The notes under the pieces were generated by a model. That model was not told the DNA's origin, searched no databases, and worked only from the letters and a program-made list of their open reading frames with translations. A stretch of 64,000 nt of DNA from Tubiluchus corallicola. Its lineage: Eukaryota > Animalia > Priapulida. A program made the position numbers and the translations under genes. The stretch covers positions 63,750 through 127,749 of the forward strand of contig JAQGDQ010000455.1 in the NCBI GenBank assembly GCA_030141605.1, given 5' to 3'. Shown here in pieces: positions 12,501 through 25,085 of this stretch (position 1 is its first letter; every line of letters begins with the position of its first letter).

Positions 12501-15500
12501 AAATGGTTAGCACTGCAAGGCAGGTGTACAGATTTTGCAATGCTGTTGGTATATGTGTAGACACTGTCCACAACTTCTTAAAAACACCACTATTACTTGT
12601 TTGAAAACCTCACTTTGTAGAATAGAAATCAAAATCACTTAAATAATTCACACAAATAATTCATTCACAAACTTTATTCACAAGATAATGCAATATATAT
12701 TTTACAAGCTGGTAATTTCAGGACTACCTTTCAGGTACGTTATTGCAATAAAACGGCTGAGCAAGTTAGAATTTTCCATTTTTCACTAAGTTATTTATAA
12801 TGTGAGTGCCATGTGCAACAAAATTACATGACAATGCAGCAAAGTTTCAGGCTACGTGTTTTGAGTTGCCTGTGAAAACTCACTGATCCTCAGTGATGTA
12901 ACCAAGTGTTTCAGTGCACGAACAGTAAGTCCTCACTTAACGACTCCCCGTTTAGTGACGTCTTGTTTCAACGACGCTGATCTTTTGACACCTTTGTTCA
13001 CTCAACAACGCACATTTTACTTTAACGATGATTTTTTACTTTGCTTAGGACAAAGTTTTATTTTATCAACAACATTTTTACCTAATTCGATGCATAAAAC
13101 AATACATATTACATTACTCAGGTTCTAAAAACACACTAGTGACGTAAACAGTGTAATTACTATATACGTTTTTGCTTCCCGACTGACTGCTATATGCTAG
13201 CCGTTTATATCACGTGAGACCTGCGAGCAAACTGAATGTATGCAATCTGTTGCTATAGCAACCAGACTAAGTAGCTAGATAAAATTTTTAAGACTGCCCA
13301 GGGCCTGGCTTTGACTCTGCAGTGTTCATTGTTTAACCGCTGCCTAGGCTTCAACGTTAACGAAAGAAAAAACCCTATAGCTAGGTAATGGTAAGTAATA
13401 TATATTGGTGGTTTCAGACAAGCAGAAAGAAATTAATCAGTAGAAATACGAATAAAACTCGTAAAATATTTAAGGTATATGGTTTAATCAACATTGATTT
13501 TTGGCCTCTGGAACGTATCTCAATTCTTTCACATTACTTTCTATGGAAGTCTTGGCTTCGTTTAACGTCGTTTCACTTAACATTGTGTTTTGCTGGAACG
13601 CATTAGTGTCGTTAAGCGAGGACTTACTGTACAGCCTTATACCAAATAAGAAAACACTTATACTTTCAAACGATCTTTATGAAAAAAATTCATTATACAC
13701 AATACATGTTAGATAATATACCTTTGATCAATGAATGTAAATTTTCCATCAGTGCTGTGCCGAGAGACAAACTCTACGGGAGGATTCGGTCCAGAAAGAT
13801 CGCCGCAGCTGGGAGTTGATGTGACCTGTAACCGTCCAATGGCAACCAAACAGCAGTGACCACTACCGCTGCCTTCTCCACTTTCACGATCCAGTACGTC
13901 TACATGCAACCCTGGAATCTCGACTGTTAACATACTACGTTTAAGCATAATGAAAGTGCGCAATTTGCCTTTAAATATCTATGTCATTTATAATATTATT
14001 AACGGTTACAGTAAATATTGACTACTAATATTAACTATATGTTAATATTACAGTGTATAACTTATTTAAAAATTGTCAAATGTGAAAAACAATTAGCAAA
14101 TACAATTCCCTAGACCAAGACCACGGCAACTGTTATGCAAAATGTTTGTAATTACAGGAAATTTTTCAAAAAAAAAATTATTCTTACCTGATGGAGGCCA
14201 GTTCTTCACGTATCCAGTACAGTGTACAACAGCATATTGTTGTCCATCTCTAGATGGGCCTAATGTGTTACGGTGGCGCATTCGGCTTGCATGAGCTGAG
14301 GAATTCATGGGAATTTGCATGTTCCCAATTTTCATTCGACAAATGAACGCACGACGTGAACCCATACACAATCTACTCGCAGCTAGAAATAAATGTGTAA
14401 TTGTCACCATAATATTGTATTGGCAGATATAACTAGACCTAAGCAAAGCACCCACACTACTCACAGTGCAGTTAAACTGCTATGTAACATCCATATTCAC
14501 CATTTTTAAATGATTTCTAATCTTTAAAAACTATTTTGTTTTCATGTCAAAATCTTTATACGTACTATACATTCTCTGTTTTTGCATTGGCTGTGAATGA
14601 GTATTGACTCTTGAAATACAATTGATAGCCATAAATCAAAAGCTCTTGTTACAGCAGATCCACCACTAGAAGCTAACAGAAACTGGTAATGCAGTACTGT
14701 GTTTGGCATTATTTTCTTTTGTTTTGGAAAGAAATGAAATTTATAGGCTTTCGTGACACCTTCCTATATTTTTTTTTAGCAAAACTTGAGATACATGAAT
14801 TATATTTACAATAATTTGACACAAGAGGTGATAATTTCATGTAGATTCCTTAAATGTTCATTCAGATACTCTTTTGCACCCAGAAAAAGTTCAAAATGAA
14901 CTAAACAAACTAAAGTTTGGACATTATTATAAGAATATTCCTAAAAGTATGAAAAGTATTTTCCACAAAAACAAATTCCTTGCTACTTCTCAATATTGTG
15001 AGATTTAGCAATTGAGGATAGCTATCATAAAAAGCGGACGACTTAAGTTTGATACACACAATACATTTTACATGAAGACGTTAGAAAAACTTCAGTTACT
15101 TGTGAATCACACACCACTACCAAATTGGAAGCATCCGCATTGCTTTAAGACATCGAGTGACGTTGAAAAAATGCCACTATAGAGAAAAGGAAAGAAAAAA
15201 ATCACCACAACTTGCTATAGCAACATAAATGAGTTGCACTTCTTGAAATTACGCATATAATGCAACAAAAAAAATAGTAAGCAGATGGTGCCTGAGGTGG
15301 CCTTTGGGAACTAAAAGAAATGAAAACCATAATGTGACTTACACTGATGTCCTTCTTTCTTTACTGTACCAGCTGAATAAAACAAAGATAAATGTTACAT
15401 TTTGTTCTGATTTTAAGCAAGACTTTAACTATAAAACTTAGCCTATAGTGCAACTGTTAAAGGTCATTACAAACTAAATTTTCTTGACCTCAGTTTTAAA

Positions 15501-18500
15501 CATAATAAAATCAACATGTAAAAAGCAAAGAGAATAAACAATGTAGTTATTTGCTTAAAGGTGAAGACTAGTGAATTTTTCAAAAATATTTTAAAAATTT
15601 ATAAAATTCAGATTGGTAGAAAAAACTTTAATGATTTAAATACAACAGACAAACAACCAAGATCCCACTATGACATCAGCGACCCATGATATCAGTGAGG
15701 ATAAGTAACTCAAAAGAAGAATTATTAATAAGTCTATTCAGATTAAAAAGTAATAAAATCTACTTTGCTTAATCGGTGCTACAGGGGGTACTAGGTTTTG
15801 CCTAATTCATACAGAGACTAAGATACTAAGTACTAAGAGAGCTGACTTTAATTACAAAAAAACTAAATAATACCTGACTTTAATTACAAAAAAACTAAAT
15901 ACCTACAATGGCTTTTTCACTATTAAAAACTAAGAACTAATTGTTAAAGAAGCCTCGTCTAGTAGCTAGTGGAAGAATTTGCATTTTTAAAATTTCACAA
16001 CAGAGCTATCAAAATATAGACTCTGCATGCAGCGAGGTCGCATGTAAATGATATACAGTTCAAAGTTCTTTGAACAGCACATGAAAATTCACCTAACACT
16101 GTCTTTTAAATAAAATAACTCATAATGGCTTACTCTTTAGGTCCAAAATGCGGCCATTAGCATTTGTGTCTTGGGTGGACAGCTGTTCTCTGACCTTTTC
16201 AATATCTTCATGATGAACTTGATCTAACAACGTTGAATTTAGCCAGTCATTCTAAAGGTAAAGAAAACACTATCCATTACTCTACTTTCATGTTTGCAAG
16301 TTGTAATTTGTAGCAAAAGTGTGCAGTAAGGCTGACTCTATTAGCAAAATAATGGAACACTAGTAAACCTGTAGGTCCAGTGATACAAAAACTGCAAAAC
16401 TTGCAAATCGTGATGAAATACTCATAAGAACTCGAGCAATCACGAATGTTTATGAGTGAAAAGAAAAAAGAAAAGGGTATATAAAATCAATGAATTCGAA
16501 ACAGTATTAATCCCATTTTTATAATAGTTTTACAACAAAATCGAATGTTCCAAATTATTCCTAGCTAACTGTAAAAACCTGCATCTTACATTGCAAATCG
16601 TAAAAAATGCAAGGCTGCTTCAAAAGCAATCAGAAAAATAGAGTTGGGACAGAGTTTTTATATTTATTTGAATCAGAAAGCTAATAAAAGTTTCAGGCAA
16701 TAAGTGTTTTAGCTTTTAGCAATGGAAACAAAAAATTAACACCAGTCTAACAGTCTAACAATACTGCTTATACCCAAGTCTCAAGAATAGTCATAGTAGG
16801 AGAACAGAATTGGTATCTACAATTCTGAGTTCTACAGGCTGAGTTGGTACTATTTGAAAAACGTTGGCATTCATATTAACAAAAAGGTTTGATAAAACAT
16901 TGCACCATTTTTCATGCTATGTAATGTTATGAAGCAAATAAAACTACTGGAGACAGTTGGATAAATAAAACAATGCTTGGAAGTATATATTTTTTACAAT
17001 GAATTAATAATTATTTGGTTTAATTATTAATTATTTGGCAAGAAATTACCTGTGACTGAAGCAAGACGGGAGTTATTGAATCAGATACGTAAATAATGCG
17101 ACCATTGTCACAACCAGCCACAAAGAGAAAGCCATCAGCAGCCTACAAGCAAATTAAGAACACTTTACTAAACTGTAAATGTCATTAAAAATCCAAAATC
17201 CAAGCATAATTTAAGTTCAAAACCTCAGAAAGCTAATAAAAGTATAAATTATTGACAATGAAACAGTGTAAAAAAAAGTTCTATTGTCATGATGTAGAAT
17301 TAATTCAAAGAGTTTTCAAAACGTCCAGCATGCAGATAAGTAATCATCGTTGATAAATGCAAAGCATAGTGTGTAAATGTACAGAGAAAAATCAGAATTT
17401 AAACTTGTTTCTCAATTGATTGAAATGGCTCTGCTTATTCTAATATTAAAGAAGTATGCCATGCAGCATAAGTACAGAAAAGTAAATATCTTTGATAAAT
17501 GTAAAGCATAGCATATATACCATCACACAGAAAAAGAATTTCAATGCAGAAATAGTTTCTTGATTGATTAGAGAAGCTTTGTCTATTCTAGCATTAAACA
17601 AGTATACAATGTAGGACAAGTGCATTCCAGTTAGATCTTATCAGGGTACAATATCTTTCATGAAATTTTCAGTTCTCTAAACGTTATCAATAAATGTGCT
17701 TAAATGTTTTTTGTGCTTCTCCTGGACATGTGAATTTCACGTTACGTTATCGGATATGGATGTTTAATAATTTGATAAAACTGACGGCTAAGTGCTACTG
17801 ACGGCTGTCGATTATAACAGGAGCCATATTTGATTTGAACAACCTTAAGGTTAATGCACACTTAGGAAGAGCTGCTAAGTGGTCTCACAGTGCACTTAGT
17901 ACACGTATGAAGTTACCACAAAAAATGTAACATTTAGTAACCTCTAAAATGAGGTGCTTAAGTTCCTGGTCTGTGAGAAAAGACGGCTTATAAGATCCAT
18001 CAGAGTTTGTGTTTCCTGTCCCTCGCAAAGATTTCATGTGTGCGACAGCCATGCGCAGAATGGTTAGCTTGTCAGGTTTGCGCGCGAGGGCACTACATGT
18101 TGGTACCATGTCTGAGAGCTCCGTGATATATGCTGACATCTTGTTGCGCCTTCTGCGTTCAATTTCGCTATGATTTTCCCTGCAACAAAGGGAAGACAGC
18201 AAACAAAAAACAGTCCAAATAACAAAAGGTAAACGTCAATGTAATATTTTTTGTGATATCATACTCATCATGGTATCATATTAATGTCATCAAATAAGAA
18301 ACAGTTCTTAACCTTTGACGGCTGACTTTTGATAAGAAATCAGGAACTTGGTATAAAAGTAACAAAGATTTTTGGAAACACTCACTTGACAGAAATGTCT
18401 GTTCATATAAAAACTTACATGTCAACACGCTTCCGCATTCTGCAGTCACACATTTACATTAGTTGCTTAGCAAGTTTACAGTCAAATTTGATATAACAGT

Positions 18501-18757
18501 ACTTAGAAGTTGTATTGTATCTATAACCTTGCGCTTACAAATAAAGACAAACATAGTAATTCAAAATTAAGAGAGAGAGAGAGAGGGAGAGAGAGAGAGG
18601 GGGAGGGAGAGAGAGAGACTCAGAAGACGTTAGATCCTATAAACCAGATAACAGGTAATAAACTAAAGTGTAAAATAGTTTAGCTAGCATGAGATACAGA
18701 TTCAATAACCTACCTAGCATATCGGTCTTTATCGGCTTCTCGACCATCGTCATCCAT
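6523..18757 (-). CDS. ARNT: aryl hydrocarbon receptor nuclear translocator (ARNT/tango/HIF-1beta), bHLH-PAS transcription factor
   Basis: Coding exons in transcript order, all GT-AG with consistent phases: 18757-18714 (exon starts 18759; [15 protein letters not shown]), 18179-17942 ([14 protein letters not shown]...[11 protein letters not shown]...[12 protein letters not shown]), 17142-17050 (AADGFLFV), 16251-16134, 15372-15343 ([11 protein letters not shown]), 14382-14188 ([11 protein letters not shown]...[13 protein letters not shown]), 13911-13722 (CLVAIGRLQ...[17 protein letters not shown]), 11694-11588, 10595-10445 ([16 protein letters not shown]...[13 protein letters not shown]), 9799-9654, 8707-8604, 7900-7753, 6695-6523 (...FPDVFRMLD...*). 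Total 1737 nt, 578 aa. An upstream coding exon cannot be excluded. Confidence 0.96.
9101..9550 (-). mobile_element. composite foldback-like element with AAAAATGGCAC-repeat termini (copy 1)
   Basis: Tandem AAAAATGGCAC units at the left end and inverted GTGCCATTTTT units at the right end. The interior matches 59440-59735 in reverse orientation. Confidence 0.7.
11677..11873. repeat. about 100-bp tandem duplication covering an ARNT exon acceptor
   Basis: Copies 11677-11774 and 11777-11873 (CCCAAGACACCTGTTACCC...CACATCATGAGAAT), about 90% identical. Confidence 0.92.
11993..12045. repeat. 53-bp near-perfect hairpin/palindrome
   Basis: AAAATAAGTGCTTCTCGGTGCCTAC-TGA-GTAGCCACCGAGAAGCACTTATTTT; 24 of 25 positions pair. 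Confidence 0.93.
12923..13629. mobile_element. non-autonomous pogo/Tigger element (707 bp)
   Basis: TIRs CAGTAAGTCCTCACTTAACGAC / GTCGTTAAGCGAGGACTTACTG (21/22). Flanks are AA and TA, consistent with a mutated TA TSD. Confidence 0.85.
15343..15372 (-). other. ARNT: 30-nt symmetric (phase 1-1) ARNT microexon in the PAS-A loop
   Basis: ttattcag|CTGGTACAGTAAAGAAAGAAGGACATCAGT|gtaagt encodes the conserved ARNT (T)GTVKKEG motif. Confidence 0.9.
18570..18618. repeat. (GA)n microsatellite, interrupted
   Basis: Read directly from the sequence. Confidence 0.9.
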
Positions 18758-19306
18758 AACTGATAATTTATGAATTTTACTTGTTTAAAATTACATTGAC
18801 AAGCAAAAGGTTAGTATTTGCACGCAAATTCCTATAGCAAAAAAAAAACAAAAACAGAAAAGTAACAAATAATAATCAACAGGTCAATTCCAAAACCAGT
18901 AAAACTTTTCAAGTAAAAGTGCTCTAAAATAATCCTGCAAAATGTCACGCAAAATTATGTCTTGATTATTCAAGTTTTGTTGACAGTTATTTCAGTTGAA
19001 CTTACAAGTTCAAAACTAAAGAATTTAATGTTTTTCATCATGTGGTATTTGGTTCATAAATTGTGATGTATAAATTTAACTAAATTTGCAAACTGATCTT
19101 CCGTGTACCACAAATGTCTTTTAGCCATGCCCAGATCTGAATTCACCAGCACTCGGCATCTTCCCATGTTATAATAATACTTTGTAATACATATATAGGC
19201 CTACTTTTATATTTTATTACTTGATAACAATTAATAGTTCATTAATCGTTATCCAGTAGCCTCTAATAGCTTGTAGAAAAAATATCTAAGCTTGAAACAT
19301 CAGCAT

Positions 19307-19377
19307 GCCTCTGTAGTGTAGTGGTTAGCATAGCGATCCAAAAAGCAAAAGGCAAAGGTTCAAATCTCAGTAGAGAT
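19307..19377 (+). mobile_element. tRNA-derived SINE head / tRNA pseudogene (copy 1)
   Basis: A-box TAGTGTAGTGG and B-box GGTTCAAATC; acceptor-like ends GCCTCTG/TAGAGAT; no anticodon arm; shares the tail GCAAAAATTT with copy 2. Confidence 0.65.
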
Positions 19378-19520
19378 GCAAAAATTTCCAGACTTTATAA
19401 CTTTACACAAGCACAGCTTTCATGTGTTTATTGGATGTATCTTGTACTGTGTCTTGATTGTGATTTCTCGTTATGAACTTCTAGTAGCTTACAGATTAAA
19501 TTTTTAAATCTGAAGTCAAT

Positions 19521-19591
19521 GTCTCTGTGGTGTAGTGGTTAGCATAGCTGACCGGAAGGCCAAAGGCCCGTGTTTGAGTCCCAGTAGAGAT
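19521..19591 (+). mobile_element. tRNA-derived SINE head / tRNA pseudogene (copy 2)
   Basis: GTCTCTG TGGTGTAGTGGTTAGCATAGC ... GTTTGAGTCCCAG TAGAGAT. The acceptor stem pairs, but the anticodon and T stems are broken. Confidence 0.65.
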
Positions 19592-21189
19592 GCAAAAATT
19601 TTTAAGTTTCAAATTCAGTATTGTTTTCGTGCACTTACTAACACAGAATAATGGATTAAAAATATGGTTTTTCTTAGACTCATCACACTCACTGATCTGG
19701 TCATAACAAAATATAGTCCACAACTTCTCTTTCCAGTATTTTTCTGCAAGGTATGACTTGACTGTTAACAAATGACAGGCAACTCACTCTCTGAGTAACT
19801 GCTTCTTTAGAGCTACTACCTGTTCACAACTGCTAGCTTGTTAATACCAGTTACAACCTAGATCTCTGTCATGAATCTTGTTCATGATCTTCTACGTTTG
19901 TTAAATTAATAATTATTCTGCCTGCTTTGTCTTGCAGAGTGCTAGGAATCAGCTGTTGCTCCCCTTTCATTGCTGTAATAGTTAACTTTCTATATATTTT
20001 GCTTTTATTTCATATCACGTCGTTTACGGCATAATGTAGTAGGAACTGCTATGCAGTGTTATTTAAGCTTGTATTTTTCATTTGTACTGCGTAAACTGCT
20101 TCATTTTCTACAGTATATACATACAAAATGCTCCATATCTTTTTGTTTTTGACAGTTTGTCCTGAAAATATACAAGTAGACACGTCCACGTTAGCACTTA
20201 GTCTTGTTTAATTATAGCTGTTATTTGACATGAAACAAATATTATGATTTTTGCAGTTAGTAATAATGGTTCTCTCTTTTACAGTGTAGTACCAATGATT
20301 CTGTGCAGTGATATGACAATACTTAACTAGTGTTTGAAATGCTTCTGTTTGATGACTGATTTGGTCATTGTTTGAAATATACTTTAACATAATTACTGTG
20401 ATATTTTGACCTATGACATACTTCCTGGTTTGATGTGAATCTGCTATTATATGATGCACTTAACTTATATGCTAACATTGCCCTAATTTATTATTGCTGA
20501 ATTCGTAATTACATATCATGTTTTCCTTTCTCAACTTTTAGTTTTATTGCTATTATTACATTATTTACATTATTGGGTTATCTACAGAAGCATGAATAAT
20601 CATAATCATTTTTTCATTTTAGTAAGGTAAGTGTGTTAATGACTGTATGGTCGTACACTCACTTCACACTACTCAAATTATTAAGATTCTGCTTACAGCA
20701 GAATCTTTTTGATTTGCCCCCAGTTTTTAGTTTTTTTTATTTATATATTATTTGTGACACTTTGTTTCTTTAATAACTCACACATGCACAGGGCTAAGGT
20801 CACGAAACTCACAGGATACACTCCCCAGGTAGGGGATTTATGTTAATATGCGACCTTGTTTTATTCTAAATTTATTTATGTGTTTGACATTGTATTTTTT
20901 GATGTGTGAAATAAAATTCATAGTTAGCTGATTTATTGAATGTTTATTTTTACCATTGTTATGTTTGAATGTTAGCATTTATTATAAAGCTTAATGGTCA
21001 AGTGAATTGATTTTGTTTTTTCTGCTCATTGGCTAATTTTATTTAACGTGACTCCCAGGATAAGAGATTTAAAGCACAGTTCACGATAAAATAATTTATT
21101 AATACAGAGTGGATATGTCACAGTAGCAACGCATTACTGTTTACAGTCAAAGTTGCTTCTTATATGGGCAGGCATTACTTTCGCCTAAT

Positions 21190-21925
21190 ATTTGTGTAGG
21201 GCGCAGAGTACGCCACTAGCCGAAGTAGGACACTTCTGGTAAAGTGCATATGCTAAATTTGCGGAAAAGGTGTGCCGTACATGGGCAGCCCAAATAGGGA
21301 ACTGGTGATTTCTGTCGAGAATCGAAAATTATGACATAATAAAACATACAACTAAATTTAATTAGAAAAAAAAGTAACTTTATAATAATGATGGATAGTC
21401 CTTGATTTTTTACAATAATATCATCGTTATTATTACTTATATTAGCTCGATAAATATCATCATAACATTAAACTAAGTATCTAATGCTTTTAAGACAGAA
21501 ACTATGTAGGACACATAGCTCACTAGCCCATCTACTTAGTAGAAAACAATTATTTGTCCAAGGCAAGAGGTAGTGAAACGGCTCACCTGTCTGTGAAGTG
21601 TGACAAAATAAAAATTGATTATACCTTAAGCAAATGTTGCAATCGCCCAAAAGCGGCTTATTTCGCTTCAAAAAGATTAATATCAAAACCAAATTTAATA
21701 TTGGCTGCTCAGAATGAGATTCTTTTATTTTATCAGATGTATAATTAATTATTCAACGTATATTAGCGTTTTTAATTTTTATTATTAAATACACAAGGAC
21801 AACGGACGCTGCCAGTACGGTTAACGATTCAATTCGTCACCTGTCTCTAGTGTTCTACTTGGGCTAGCCCATGCACGCCAATTATCCCACTTCGGATAGT
21901 GTCCAACTCCGGCCCCCAACATTTG
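21190..21925. mobile_element. old DNA transposon-like element bounded by about 100-bp imperfect inverted repeats
   Basis: Left end CACTAGCCGAAGTAGGA...CGTACATGGGCAGCCCAAATAG versus revcomp of right end CACTATCCGAAGTGGGA...CGTGCATGGGCTAGCCCAAGTAG. Confidence 0.55.
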
Positions 21926-22870
21926 TTCTCCCATTGGCATAGCTCAAAATAGAACAATAATCATGTAATGCTCATTCAGTCAGTCCACAATCATAATCAC
22001 TTACCGATTCCACAGCTGCAACAAATCGCCCCTGCAGACACAATAATTATTTACTCGGCAATTTCGACAGCAAATTAAATCGAGAACATATTTTTTTAAT
22101 TTTGTACAACGCAACCATTTCCTCTACTTTTGTCAGTGCGACAAATATGATTATGCAAAGATGTAGATGTTGAATAAAACGTGATTTTCAGCTTTATTGG
22201 CGACACCTTGGATTTTTGGCTTTAGCATGTTTAATTTTAGGGCGTTATTAAAGGAAAACAGAATGATTTTTCATGTCACAACGTATTTTGAAGTACGTGT
22301 AAAAAGTACATACGTTTAATAATACCAAAGCGATTCTGATGATTAAATAATCTGCTAAAAACTTATAATTAACGAATCCAACACAATAACATCACAACTG
22401 AACATAATTTAGAACACCAGAAACATTCCTTTAGCTTGTTGCACGTGTTTGTGAAAGTGGAAATAGAAGTACAGTGCTACTGTATAACATTCAGTGTGAT
22501 AAACAAAAACTTGGCAAATTTTAGCTTTAAAATTCCAATTTCCAGTTAACCACTTACTATGCTCAGCATGAGCCCACTAAGTCACACAAGATTTAGTTCC
22601 CATCTAACTAGCGAATGGCAAAATTCTACTGGCGAAAAGTTCAAAATGCCCTCATCGCCAAGTTAATGTTAGTAAGCTTCTAGCAACGTGTCCAATAGCT
22701 TTCTCATAGCAATTGCTGAAATGTCGTAGTTAACATACTAGTACGAATGCTACGAACTATAATTGGCATACGTTAATTGTTTCAAATGTATAGTAGGTTA
22801 ATATTGTCATTATTGTAAACGTACCTACTAAACGATTTCTCAACGGATTTACCACCGTACCATTGTGTAC

Positions 22871-23192
22871 AGGTTCATGAAGCCAACTTTCTGGAAGACG
22901 GAAAACACGAGCAGTAACGAAAAGATTGATATGGCTGGTAACTATCAAAATATGGCATTTAACCTATAAGTACAAATGATATAAACTAGAAATTGCCAAC
23001 CATTAATTGTTTGGAATGTTAATGGGTTAGCACTGTCATCGCTCTAAAAATTATAGATATTGGGCTGTTTTGACGTATTTGGCAGTGTAATGTGAGGCCA
23101 GGATGACCATATACAAAGGTTAGTGAAGCCAACTTTCTGGAAGACGGAAAACACCGACCTGCAACAAAAAGACTGATATAGCTGGTATATCA
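22871..23192. repeat. two about 75-bp direct repeats, 246 bp apart
   Basis: Identical core TGAAGCCAACTTTCTGGAAGACGGAAAACAC in 22871-22947 and 23117-23192. Confidence 0.85.
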
Positions 23193-24947
23193 TTTTTGAT
23201 GCTAAAATTTTCACAAATTTGGTTAATTGGACATTCAGTTCAACTTTATTGCAGCATTGACATCACTCATGTTCAGGGAACTTTTTCGAATATATAAAAC
23301 TGAAAATTCAAGCAAAGCAAGAAAATAACCAGTCCCAGTAGGTCGTCCAAGCAAACTGTCAGCTTGTTCAGGATTACTGGCCAAGCCAATAAAGGAGTAA
23401 ATTTGAAGGAATCCCAAAAGTTCCCCTATAATTTATTAAGAAAAACCTACAATATTATTATGTTTTCTAAAAGTGTTTTCCTAAAGAAACTTATGAAATT
23501 AAAATAGTTAAAAAATGTGAGTGTATAATGTGCCAAAGAGTCCAACCATGGATTAACTTAGCCTTGTCCTGTCTGAATCTATGTGTGATGTACAGAAATG
23601 TAAAGAACAAAAATCTTTAATATTACTTTGATCCTAATGACATAGGTGATCGTCATCGTTTGTATTGGTTATATGTTATAAAATGGCGGACACTTCACAT
23701 GTCGATACCAAGCATCCTTTTTCACAATTATCACCCACGATGCATCATCGTTCAAATTTAGAGCTGTATACTTGTATTTGTTAAATATTTTTGCAGTATA
23801 TAATAAGAATACATGTCAGTAGCTGACCCTTCTTGTCATTTCAAGAGCCTTACGTAATGCTACAGGAAGATTAGATGCCTTGTGTAGTCATAGTGCATGC
23901 TCAATCCAATGCAGCCTTCTTACCTTCTCACTTTTAATACATGACAAAAATGTATGCAAAACATACTCTAACAGGCTAAATCACCTTAAAACTGTGAGGG
24001 TAGTGCATGCGAATACCCTAATTAGGCTTGCATGGCTTTATCATTTTTCTGAAATGCTGCATTATGTATTTTAATTTTTGTTAGCAATTTATGCCTTTAT
24101 TTAGTTTAGGTTTGCTATAAGCTACTTTTTGTTTCCCTTTTGTTTTGATTTGCTTTGAGCATATTTTTTATTTGCCGATTAAGCCATTTAAATTTTGCTT
24201 CTGCTGATTTTTTGCCTTTGTGTTGACATAATGCAGACAGAATATACCTACCATGTTTTATTTTGTGAAGAAGTACCTTATCATTCTTTACAGCCATTAT
24301 TAGATTCTATTTGCTCCTGTTTGCTTTAAATCGATCTTCCTGACTTTTTGTTTATGTATGGTATAAAGTAATCTATTTTTCTTTTTGTGTTTCACATAAA
24401 ATATTAGAGGCTGGTCACACCAAATTGATTTTCGTTTTGGCTCTTTTTGTTATGTATAACATATTAAATTTTGTGCTTTGATATTTAGTCTTGTATTTTT
24501 ATTATCTTATTTTGTAGGTGTTATTTTTGCCTGCAAATGCAATTCACATAGCATGCACGTTTCTGAAAATAGTTTTAATTTTTAATTTTTATTTTGAGCT
24601 CGTGCATGATGGTATGTAATCTATTATTATTGCTTCAGTATTCCGTAGTCGCCCGTCGTAATTTCAGTTCTCTGTTGTATACAGCCTGGTCTCTGCTTTT
24701 ATTATTAACAGCTCAGTATAGACATAGACAGTTTTTATTTATTTCAAAATTAACATGCACCAGAGTTACAAGATAAACAATCAGTGCTATAGTTAATTAA
24801 CAATTGTGATAAAAAATATGTATAAAAGAAAGTGTCAGGGGTGCAGGAGAAAACGTAGCGAATGACCAAAAAATTATTGGTCATCAAAGTCAGCTCCCCT
24901 TCTCAGATTAATGTAATAAAATTGTAGAAAAATTCATAGCGCTGCTA

Positions 24948-25085
<138 letters not shown>

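Noticed and set aside
19307-19591. Functional tRNA genes
   Set aside because: The anticodon and T arms do not pair, and the copies share a non-tRNA tail typical of SINEs.
23683-23784. AAAATGGCGG start with a short + strand ORF (MADTSHVDTKHPF...)
   Set aside because: It stops after about 33 codons with no convincing donor or homology; more likely a YY1-like motif or repeat remnant.
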